The translations under genes and the position numbers were made by a program. Positions 6,945 through 13,815 of a stretch of 38,369 nucleotides of DNA are shown one piece after another (positions within the stretch are counted from its first letter, which is position 1; each line of letters opens with the position of its first letter). The stretch spans positions 1 to 38,369 of IMG/VR virus record IMGVR_UViG_3300020161_000089; one strand, written 5' to 3'. This DNA is from a virus (lineage: Duplodnaviria > Caudoviricetes). The notes beneath the pieces were generated by a model, which was not told the origin of the DNA, did no database searches, and worked only from the letters and a program-made list of their open reading frames with translations.

Positions 6945-7567
6945 TAACCATAGGTAAAGCAACATTGCACAACATGGACTGCATGGAACTTTTGAAAGCT
7001 ACACCTGATAAGTTTTATGACTTGGCTATTGTTGACCCACCATATGGCTTAGGTGAAAGCGTTGTAAATAGCGGTGGAAGATTTAAGCGTTATGAAAATA
7101 AAAACGGAAATTGGGATAAAGAAATACCAAAAGATGAATTTTTCTCTGAGTTAAATCGTGTAAGTAAAAATCAAATTATATGGGGTGGTAACTACTTCCC
7201 TTTAACTACAAATAAATGCTTCATTATTTGGGATAAGCAACAGCCAGAGGGAGTTAGCTTTGCAATGGCTGAGTATGCTTGGGCTTCTTTTGATAGCGTT
7301 GCAAAGATTTTTAGATATAGAACACAAGGTCAAGAAGATAGATTTCACCCAACCCAAAAACCAGTAAAACTCTACGAATGGCTACTAACCAACTACGCCA
7401 AACAAGGTGACAAAATCCTAGACACTCACTTAGGAAGCGGAAGTCACGCCATAGCTTGCAACAACTTAGGTTTTGAGCTTACAGCTTGCGAGCTAGATAA
7501 AGACTATTACGAAGCATCAATCAAACGCATTAAACAGGCTACAGCGCAAGAAAGGTTATTTGAATGA
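6941..7567 (+). CDS. DNA amino-methyltransferase (N6A/N4C, beta class), paralogue 1
   Basis: DPPY before HPTQKP and DTHLGSGS SAM motif. Confidence 0.92.
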   Translation: MITIGKATLHNMDCMELLKATPDKFYDLAIVDPPYGLGESVVNSGGRFKRYENKNGNWDKEIPKDEFFSELNRVSKNQIIWGGNYFPLTTNKCFIIWDKQQPEGVSFAMAEYAWASFDSVAKIFRYRTQGQEDRFHPTQKPVKLYEWLLTNYAKQGDKILDTHLGSGSHAIACNNLGFELTACELDKDYYEASIKRIKQATAQERLFE

Positions 7568-7917
7568 CTGAACACCAGGAACAAGTAGCACTCGTCACAT
7601 GGTTTAGGCTTCAATATCCTAAGTACAATAAATATTTATGGGCTATTCCGAATGGCGGATCACGGCACATAGTTACAGCAGTTAAATTAAAGGCTGAAGG
7701 AGTGCTTGCTGGAGTATCTGACATTTTCTTAATGATACCTAAATCAGGTTGGCATGGAATGTTTATTGAGATGAAAGCTAAAGGCGGTAAACTTTCAGAA
7801 GCACAGAAAGAGTTTATGGGTGCTGCAACTTTAATGGGCTACCAAGCTGTTGTATGCTACGGATTTGAAAATGCTAAAGATGCAATAACAAACTACTTGC
7901 ATGAAAGCAAAAATTAG
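7564..7917 (+). CDS. VRR-NUC nuclease / Holliday-junction resolvase
   Basis: TEHQEQ, AIPNGG, GVLAGVSD, FIEMK, LSEAQKEF. Confidence 0.88.
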   Translation: MTEHQEQVALVTWFRLQYPKYNKYLWAIPNGGSRHIVTAVKLKAEGVLAGVSDIFLMIPKSGWHGMFIEMKAKGGKLSEAQKEFMGAATLMGYQAVVCYGFENAKDAITNYLHESKN

Positions 7918-7925
7918 TTTAGAGT
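7897..7925 (+). promoter_or_regulatory. sigma70 promoter for replication genes
   Basis: TTGCAT-17-TAGAGT just upstream of a structured leader. Confidence 0.5.
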
Positions 7926-7936
7926 ATCACTATCAC

Positions 7937-8038
7937 TTGACGGTGAACATGGGTAAGCCTTAGTCAACACTCTGCTGGTACCCACCAGTCCGTCAACATC
8001 CCTAAAAAAGATGAGAGTGTTGTCTAAGGTTTTTTTTT
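7937..8038 (+). ncRNA. structured 5' leader / attenuator-like element of the replication initiator
   Basis: TTGACGG/CCGTCAA, GCTGGT/ACCAGT, GGGTA/TACCC and CCTTAGtCAACACTCT/AGAGTGTTGtCTAAGG followed by T9. Confidence 0.6.
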
Positions 8039-8049
8039 GGAGAAACCAA

Positions 8050-8751
8050 ATGCATTATTACCAATTTAATATTGGTGACTATTATAGCCACACAAAGCAT
8101 TTATCCCCGATTGAGGATATTTGCTATCGCAGGGCATTAGATTATTACTATCTACATGAAAAACCACTCACTAGCGATATCGCTAAATTATCCAGACTTT
8201 TAATGCTTAATGAATATCAAGTGGAATTAATGACTGTACTTGATGAATTTTTTGTAGTCGTAACTACTGGCTTTATTAACCCTAGAGCAGATAAAGAAAT
8301 TGAACAATATCAATCATTTAGTGATGCTGGTAAACGTGGTGCCGCTAAGAGGTGGTCAAAGGGGGGTGATAAGGGGGTTATAGGGGGGCTATCAGGGGGT
8401 GTATCAAAGGCTAATGCTAAACAAGAAACAAGAAACATTAACCATAAACCATCAACCATATATAACCCACCAATTCCTGCGGAATTATTATCTGAATGGT
8501 TATCTGTTCGCAAAAAAAAGAAAGCAGTAGAAATAACCGAATTAGTTTGGAATGGAATAGTTAGAGAGGCAAACAAACTTAACTGGACACCAGAGCAAGC
8601 TGTTACATATTGCTGTGAAAAGGGCTGGGTTAGTTTAGACGCTAGTTGGGTTAAAGGTGCCAACACTAAACAAATGAAAGGTTATGGCTTTGTATCTGAC
8701 GAACAATTTAACGAATGGCTTGAGCCTACAAAGGAGTTGATAAATGGATGA
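8050..8751 (+). CDS. DUF1376/YdaU-family replication initiator
   Basis: MHYYQFNIGDY..HTKHLS..E...YRR.LD.YY.HEKPL; NPRADKEI; AGKRGAAKRW; GGAG RBS supports ATG 8050 rather than 8011. Confidence 0.85.
   Translation: MHYYQFNIGDYYSHTKHLSPIEDICYRRALDYYYLHEKPLTSDIAKLSRLLMLNEYQVELMTVLDEFFVVVTTGFINPRADKEIEQYQSFSDAGKRGAAKRWSKGGDKGVIGGLSGGVSKANAKQETRNINHKPSTIYNPPIPAELLSEWLSVRKKKKAVEITELVWNGIVREANKLNWTPEQAVTYCCEKGWVSLDASWVKGANTKQMKGYGFVSDEQFNEWLEPTKELING
8361..8460. repeat. putative replication origin: four G-rich 11-12-bp iteron-like repeats plus six A-rich heptamers
   Basis: GGGGGGtgataaGGGGGttataGGGGGGctatcaGGGGG (8361-8399); aaacaag aaacaag aaacatt aaccata aaccatc aaccata (8419-8460); inside the initiator gene as in lambdoid ori. 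Confidence 0.65.
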
Positions 8752-9175
8752 TTCACATAAAAAACGCTTTTGGTTAATGATTAACGTAACTATGGAATTA
8801 ACCAATAAACCACCTTTAACTAAAGAGGCAATTATTACTTGGTGGCATATGTTAAACAAGTATGACTATGAGGTTGTAGAGAAGGCAGTCAATCAATGGG
8901 TAGATTGCTCAAATAAACCACCTACACCTAAAGACATTGTATCTTTATGCAGACCTAAAGACCCTATCTATCATGCCTTGCCACCACCGGTAAGCATTGA
9001 GGATAATAAAGCTCATGCAGACAAACTTGCTTTATTTATTCACGAAAGATTAAAACCCAAAACCGACTATCATGCTTGGGCGAAGCGTATATTACGCAAT
9101 CCTCAAAACTTCCCAGAGTCATCGGTTGAAGCTGCAAGAAAGGTGCTAGGTGAGAATTATGAAGTGGCTCAATAA
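8744..9175 (+). CDS. putative helicase loader / loader-inhibitor-like replication protein
   Basis: Follows the initiator; WWHML..YDYEVVEKAV..W.....PPTPKDI pattern. Confidence 0.55.
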   Translation: MDDSHKKRFWLMINVTMELTNKPPLTKEAIITWWHMLNKYDYEVVEKAVNQWVDCSNKPPTPKDIVSLCRPKDPIYHALPPPVSIEDNKAHADKLALFIHERLKPKTDYHAWAKRILRNPQNFPESSVEAARKVLGENYEVAQ

Positions 9176-9317
9176 AGACAAATACCATATCACATCAGGC
9201 GCATACATAATTGCTAAATACTTCTCGCCTAATGGTGTAAAATATGGGTTAAGTAAAGACAATATAAATTTAGGTTATTTTAAAACTTTAGAAGAGGCAA
9301 AGGATAAAGCAAAATGA
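9159..9317 (+). CDS. hypothetical 52-aa protein
   Basis: MKWLNKDKYHITSGAYIIAKYF...LGYFKTLEEAKDKAK*; ATGA coupling to the next gene. Confidence 0.6.
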   Translation: MKWLNKDKYHITSGAYIIAKYFSPNGVKYGLSKDNINLGYFKTLEEAKDKAK

Positions 9318-9958
9318 TTACGATAGGTAAAGCAACTCTACATAACTGTGATTGCATGGAGCTTTTAAAAGCTACGCCTGATAAGTTTTATGACTTGGCT
9401 ATTGTAGACCCACCTTATGGGATTGATGCCGCAAATATGACTATGGGTAAAGGCAGCGCAAATGATTTAGGTACTCATAAAAAGAAAAATTGGGATAAAG
9501 CAATTCCAACTGCAGAGTATTTTCAAGAGTTGTTTAGAGCTAGTAAAAATCAAATTGTATGGGGGGGTAACTACTTTTTAGATTATCTAGGCAATACAAG
9601 ATGCTGTTTAACGTGGGATAAATTAGATTACAACAGTGACTTTGCTGCATTTGAAATGGCATGGACTAGCTTTAATAAAAACTGCAAAACATTTCAACGT
9701 GCAAGGTCTGCAGAGGGAGATTCAAACGGAAAGATACACCCAACTCAAAAGCCAATAAAACTCTACGAATGGCTACTAACCAACTACGCCAAACAAGGCG
9801 ACAAGATACTAGACACTCACTTAGGTTCAGGTTCACACGCTATTGCTTGCAACAACTTAGGATTTGAACTTACTGCTTGCGAGTTAGACAAAGATTATTA
9901 CGAAGCTAGTATTAAGCGCATACAAAAAGCTAACCAACAGATAAGGATGTTCGAATGA
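9314..9958 (+). CDS. DNA amino-methyltransferase (beta class), paralogue 2
   Basis: DPPY, HPTQKP, DTHLGSGS; ends nearly identical to 6941..7567. Confidence 0.92.
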   Translation: MITIGKATLHNCDCMELLKATPDKFYDLAIVDPPYGIDAANMTMGKGSANDLGTHKKKNWDKAIPTAEYFQELFRASKNQIVWGGNYFLDYLGNTRCCLTWDKLDYNSDFAAFEMAWTSFNKNCKTFQRARSAEGDSNGKIHPTQKPIKLYEWLLTNYAKQGDKILDTHLGSGSHAIACNNLGFELTACELDKDYYEASIKRIQKANQQIRMFE

Positions 9959-10329
9959 TAGAGATAAAAAACTTCAACATAAGTCAGCCTAACCTACCTT
10001 ATCTATTTAGCAAGATACAGGACTTAGACTTATCACTTGGTTATGTTTGTAATGTAACTTTAAAATCGCATGGTAGGACTGCGGATCAAAACTCACGACT
10101 CTGGAAACTTTATTCTGAACTTGGCGAGTATATTGGCGAATCTTCAGACAAGGTACATGAGCTTATGACATGGAAGTTTCTACGCAGTCAGACTACTGTA
10201 AATGGAGAGTCTATTGAGGTAGTAAAAAGTACAACTAAGCTAACGACTGCTGAGATGACTGATTATCAAAACAAGATTGAGTTATGGGCTGGCAGCATAG
10301 GGTTTGTTTTTGGAGGAGATAATGAATGA
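9955..10329 (+). CDS. NinB/Orf-like recombination protein
   Basis: RTADQNSRLW, KSTTKLTTAEMTDY..KIE.WA. Confidence 0.75.
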   Translation: MIEIKNFNISQPNLPYLFSKIQDLDLSLGYVCNVTLKSHGRTADQNSRLWKLYSELGEYIGESSDKVHELMTWKFLRSQTTVNGESIEVVKSTTKLTTAEMTDYQNKIELWAGSIGFVFGGDNE

Positions 10330-11218
10330 GTTGGCTCTTTTCGCAGGTGCTGGTGAAGGAATTCTTGGAGGAAAACTTCTGGGATGGACAACCGTCTGTG
10401 CAGTTGAACGTGATGCCTACGCAGCACAAGTTTTGGCACAAAGACAAAATGATGGAATTCTTGAACCTTTCCCAATTTGGTCTGACGTTACAAGTTTTGA
10501 CGGAAAGCCGTGGGCAGGAATTGTTGACGTGGTATCTGGCGGATTCCCATGCCAAGACATTAGCGCAGCAGGAAAAGGCGCAGGAATTACAGGTGAAAGA
10601 AGTGGATTGTGGACAGAATTTGCACGTATTATTGGCGAGGTTAGACCTAGATACGCTTTCGTGGAAAACAGCCCAATGCTCACTACTAGAGGACTTGGAG
10701 TTGTCCTTGCAGACTTGGCCGAAATGGGGTTCAATGCGGAATGGGGGGTGCTATCAGCGTCAGATGTTGGTGCAAACCACCAAAGAGAAAGAATATGGAT
10801 ACTTGCCGAACAACGAAACTTTCTTTCACACTCCGAACACGACAGGAATAGATGGAGGGAGCAACAGCAGGAAAGCATTGAAGAAAAGAAAGCAAATGTG
10901 GCCAACACCGACAGTTGGTTGTGTAGAGGGGGGGGAACAATCAAGTCGTGTGGAGAAAACAGAATCAGGAGGGTATATTTTAAGAAAAATGAACAAACCA
11001 CATATGACTTATGGTGCAAAACTTTCAGATGCAATTCTATACGAGGAGAAACAGAATCAAATTGTGAATGGTGGAACGTTGAACCCGAATTGGGTCGAGT
11101 GGCTAATGGGGTGGCCAATAGGGTGGACAGAATTAAAGCCATTGGAAATGGACAAGTGCCATTATGTGCAGCAACCGCCTTCACCTCACTTAAAGAAAGA
11201 CTAGACAATGCACCATAG
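10322..11218 (+). CDS. C5-cytosine DNA methyltransferase, alpha-type subunit (motifs I-VIII and X)
   Basis: LFAGAGEG, GGFPCQDIS, RSGLW, VENSP, HQRERIWI, RIKAIGNGQVP; GGAGGAG RBS supports ATG 10322. Confidence 0.9.
   Translation: MNELALFAGAGEGILGGKLLGWTTVCAVERDAYAAQVLAQRQNDGILEPFPIWSDVTSFDGKPWAGIVDVVSGGFPCQDISAAGKGAGITGERSGLWTEFARIIGEVRPRYAFVENSPMLTTRGLGVVLADLAEMGFNAEWGVLSASDVGANHQRERIWILAEQRNFLSHSEHDRNRWREQQQESIEEKKANVANTDSWLCRGGGTIKSCGENRIRRVYFKKNEQTTYDLWCKTFRCNSIRGETESNCEWWNVEPELGRVANGVANRVDRIKAIGNGQVPLCAATAFTSLKERLDNAP
10326..11204 (+). CDS. +1-frame overlapping protein, putative beta subunit of the C5-MTase (TRD plus motif IX)
   Basis: 292 stop-free codons in AT-rich DNA; ATG shares the RBS; HTP/WPTP segments; TLNPNWVEWLMGWPIGWT resembles motif IX, which frame 0 lacks. 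Confidence 0.75.
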   Translation: MSWLFSQVLVKEFLEENFWDGQPSVQLNVMPTQHKFWHKDKMMEFLNLSQFGLTLQVLTESRGQELLTWYLADSHAKTLAQQEKAQELQVKEVDCGQNLHVLLARLDLDTLSWKTAQCSLLEDLELSLQTWPKWGSMRNGGCYQRQMLVQTTKEKEYGYLPNNETFFHTPNTTGIDGGSNSRKALKKRKQMWPTPTVGCVEGGEQSSRVEKTESGGYILRKMNKPHMTYGAKLSDAILYEEKQNQIVNGGTLNPNWVEWLMGWPIGWTELKPLEMDKCHYVQQPPSPHLKKD

Positions 11219-11384
11219 AGCCAAACTAACTAACGAGCAAGTAGCAGAGATGCGTAAACAGCACTTAGCCTATGTAGTGGGTTATGAAACACTCGCTAAA
11301 CGCTTTAACTGTGGCATATCAACTGCAAGAGATATTTGCACATATAGGACACGATACAATGTCAAAAATAACACAATCCGCTAA
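11208..11384 (+). CDS. small HTH protein (58 aa)
   Basis: MHHRAKLTNEQVAEMRKQHLAYVVGYETLAKRFNCGISTARDICTYRTR; same AKLT-HTH pattern as the tail of 25600..26187. Confidence 0.65.
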   Translation: MHHRAKLTNEQVAEMRKQHLAYVVGYETLAKRFNCGISTARDICTYRTRYNVKNNTIR

Positions 11385-11649
11385 AGGTGAAAATTGCACC
11401 GTAAGAATTATTGGATGTTGTAATGGCAATCCAGAAACAACGGTGTTAGCGCATTTAAGTGGTATCAGATATAAGCATGGTATAGGACAGAAAGTAAACG
11501 ACTTACACGGTGCTTATTGTTGCTCTAGCTGCCATGATGCGCTAGATGGTAGAGTAAAAACAAATCGCAGTAGAGATGAACTAAAGCTATGGCATTTAGA
11601 AGGTGTTATTGAAACTCAACTTAGACTAATAGAAAAGGGATTATTATGA
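11359..11649 (+). CDS. DUF1364/YbcO-like zinc nuclease
   Basis: MSKITQSAKGENCTVRI.G.CNGNPETTVLAH..GAYCCSSCHD; start revised to ATG 11359. Confidence 0.85.
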   Translation: MSKITQSAKGENCTVRIIGCCNGNPETTVLAHLSGIRYKHGIGQKVNDLHGAYCCSSCHDALDGRVKTNRSRDELKLWHLEGVIETQLRLIEKGLL

Positions 11650-12254
11650 GCTGTAACGGTATATACTTTGCTAAACTTAAACAAAAGTGGATTGCTCAAT
11701 GTAGAAATGATGGTAAAGTAATTCAGATAGGTTCGTTTGATACACCAGAGGAGGCAAGTATGGCCTATGCTAGTTTTAGGTTAGGAATGAAACGTGAGCC
11801 AACCGCTAATGACTATGTAAGATTAGCTAGATACAAGTCTTACTGTGAGTTCTGCAAGACGCCTAGAACGATATCAGAACTATTTGCACATTATCCTAAA
11901 TCTAATACTGGATCAGTGCGTCATGTTTCTGATTACCTGGTACAAGAAGGCTTTATAGAAAAGAAAACACAGTCATCTAAGATTAACGCTAAAGACAAAT
12001 ACATTTACACGACCATTAAAGATTTTAAAGATAGCGACTTAAAGCCAATGGGCAGGTCACAGGTTGCTAAGTTAAAGTTTGAAACTACACTAGGCATGAA
12101 ACGAGAGGGTATTATAGAAGGTGCTAGAGTAATTAATTTTGATAACTTAAACCTGCAAGCAAAGTATAATGAACAGCGACACATGGATAGGTTGGCAGCA
12201 AAGTCACCTAAAAACTATATTAGCGGTGCAACTATGTCAGGGAGTGATTGGTAA
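11646..12254 (+). CDS. AP2-domain DNA-binding protein, possible late regulator
   Basis: KWIAQCRNDGKVIQIGSFDTPEEASMAY AP2 pattern, then a winged-helix-like segment; near the end of the early operon. Confidence 0.55.
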   Translation: MSCNGIYFAKLKQKWIAQCRNDGKVIQIGSFDTPEEASMAYASFRLGMKREPTANDYVRLARYKSYCEFCKTPRTISELFAHYPKSNTGSVRHVSDYLVQEGFIEKKTQSSKINAKDKYIYTTIKDFKDSDLKPMGRSQVAKLKFETTLGMKREGIIEGARVINFDNLNLQAKYNEQRHMDRLAAKSPKNYISGATMSGSDW

Positions 12255-12469
12255 TGAGCGTATTAAACATTCAACATGGCGGTGACCATTACAAGGGATT
12301 TGCTATTCAGCCAGCAGAATTTTGTTATAAGAACGATATTCCATACCTAGAGGCAACAGCTATTAAATATCTATGTCGGCATGGCAAGAAAAACGGTTTA
12401 GAGGATTTGCGTAAAGCGATCCATTTTATTGAAATGCTAATAGAGTTTAAATATAAACAGTCTGATTGA
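12254..12469 (+). CDS. DUF3310 protein
   Basis: QHGGDHYK..IQP.EF, AIKYLCR..KKNG.EDL.KA.HFIE. Confidence 0.88.
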   Translation: MSVLNIQHGGDHYKGFAIQPAEFCYKNDIPYLEATAIKYLCRHGKKNGLEDLRKAIHFIEMLIEFKYKQSD

Positions 12470-12494
12470 CTAAACGCTTGCATAATGTTATATT
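12466..12494 (+). promoter_or_regulatory. sigma70 promoter at head of late region
   Basis: TTGACT-17-TATATT with extended -10 TG. Confidence 0.65.
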
Positions 12495-12548
12495 ACGCTA
12501 TCGGTTTATAGTAGAGTAAAAGCATAATTACTTTACTTTTTTATTCTG

Positions 12549-12726
12549 GAGAACGTACATCTCTTGAAAGCAATCAAGCCCCTCAGACGTGATAGGGTGA
12601 ACTCAGAGGTAGTTCAGTTGCGAGAACCTCTTATTTTTTAAAGTATGGCTAGGTTTAGCGACCGAAAAGATAGAACCTTACTATCCTGCCAATACTTGTT
12701 TTAAGGGATTAACTTAAGGAGTTAAT
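12549..12726 (+). ncRNA. structured late-leader RNA (hairpin series, three-way junction, RBS hairpin)
   Basis: Multiple manually verified complementary segments in a 260-bp non-coding gap; see findings. Confidence 0.5.
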
Positions 12727-12727
12727 T

Positions 12728-13216
12728 ATGCTAACGCAAGATAAATTAAAAGAAATACTAAATTACGATTCATCTACTGGAATTTTTAATTGGAAAATAT
12801 CCCCTAAAAAAAATATAAATATAGGTGATATAGCAGGATGTAACTTTAGAGGTTATATTGTAATAACTATTGGTAATAAAAAATATAGAGCGCATAGATT
12901 AGCGTTTTTATATATGAATAATGATATACCAGATTGTGAAATTGACCATATTGATTTAAATAGAAGTAATAATAAATTTATAAATTTAAGATTAGCTACA
13001 ACGTCTGAAAATCAATGTAATGTATTAATTAGAAAAGATAATAAAACTGGATATAAAGGTGTTTCATTAAATAAATATGGAACATGGACTGCAAGGGCAA
13101 CATATAAAAAAGTCAACTATAATTTAGGTACTTTTAAAGATATTGAACTTGCAAATAAAGCATATCAAGACTTTGTAAAAATACATCACGGAAATTTTTA
13201 TAGACTTCCAATTTAA
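12728..13216 (+). CDS. HNH homing endonuclease with AP2 domain
   Basis: LNYDSSTGIFNWK, YRAHRLA, IDHIDLNRSNNKFINLRLAT..EN, NKTGYKGV; very AT-rich. Confidence 0.92.
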   Translation: MLTQDKLKEILNYDSSTGIFNWKISPKKNINIGDIAGCNFRGYIVITIGNKKYRAHRLAFLYMNNDIPDCEIDHIDLNRSNNKFINLRLATTSENQCNVLIRKDNKTGYKGVSLNKYGTWTARATYKKVNYNLGTFKDIELANKAYQDFVKIHHGNFYRLPI

Positions 13217-13230
13217 TTTTAAGGATTTGT

Positions 13231-13599
13231 ATGGGCATATTAGAAGCAGCACCAGTTTTAGTTTCTGCTAAACAGAATATCGCCAATGCAAAGAACGCTA
13301 TTGCTAATTGGAACTTAGGCGCAAAAGATGTAGATGCACCTAATAACGATTACTGGCGCAAGATGGCTAAGATATGGTCAGTAGATGAAAAGACTGCTCG
13401 CACACAAATCTGCGGTAACTGTGCTTACTACGATAATACACCAGAAGTGCTATCAGCCATGACCGACAAATACCCACTCAATGAATTTGATATCTACAAC
13501 TCTTTTACCCAACGTGGCTATTGCCATAAGCTAGACTTTTCATGCCATACACCTAGAACTTGTCAAGCATGGGAACGTAAAGATTACGAGGAAGAATAA
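13231..13599 (+). CDS. Cys-rich hypothetical protein
   Basis: CGNCAYY...[19 protein letters not shown]. Confidence 0.7.
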   Translation: MGILEAAPVLVSAKQNIANAKNAIANWNLGAKDVDAPNNDYWRKMAKIWSVDEKTARTQICGNCAYYDNTPEVLSAMTDKYPLNEFDIYNSFTQRGYCHKLDFSCHTPRTCQAWERKDYEEE

Positions 13600-13600
13600 T

Positions 13601-13738
13601 ATGCCACTAAAAAAAGGTTCAAGCCAAAAGACTATCAGCAAGAACATTAAAACAGAAATGAATGCTGGTAAATCACAAAAGCAAAGTATAGCTATTGCAT
13701 TAAGTGAAGCTGGAAAGTCTAAGAAAAGCAAAAAATGA
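13601..13738 (+). CDS. small basic protein (45 aa)
   Basis: [42 protein letters not shown], a recurrent phage micro-protein pattern; RBS GAGG. Confidence 0.75.
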   Translation: MPLKKGSSQKTISKNIKTEMNAGKSQKQSIAIALSEAGKSKKSKK

Positions 13739-13815
13739 ATGACCACTGGTTTGTTATACTATTAGCTGTTATGGCCAATTTAACTTTAATTATTAATGCA
13801 ATACATCACTGGTAA
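13735..13815 (+). CDS. 26-aa hydrophobic micro-protein
   Basis: [26 protein letters not shown]; ATGA and TAATG coupling on both sides. Confidence 0.5.
   Translation: MNDHWFVILLAVMANLTLIINAIHHW

Noticed and set aside
8011-8049. N-terminal extension of the initiator from ATG 8011
   Set aside because: It lies within the structured leader and T-tract; the family motif and RBS start at 8050
10417-11208. 263-aa antisense ORF as a third overlapping gene
   Set aside because: No motif, RBS or promoter seen, and it opposes the operon; probably a by-product of dual-coding constraint, though its conservation could be tested
6941-11218. Complete restriction-modification system
   Set aside because: No cognate restriction endonuclease; VRR-NUC and DUF1364 are ordinary lambdoid nin-region nucleases, so the MTases look orphan and protective
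12641-12697. Hammerhead ribozyme
   Set aside because: A three-way junction and GAAA are present, but the CUGANGA core is absent
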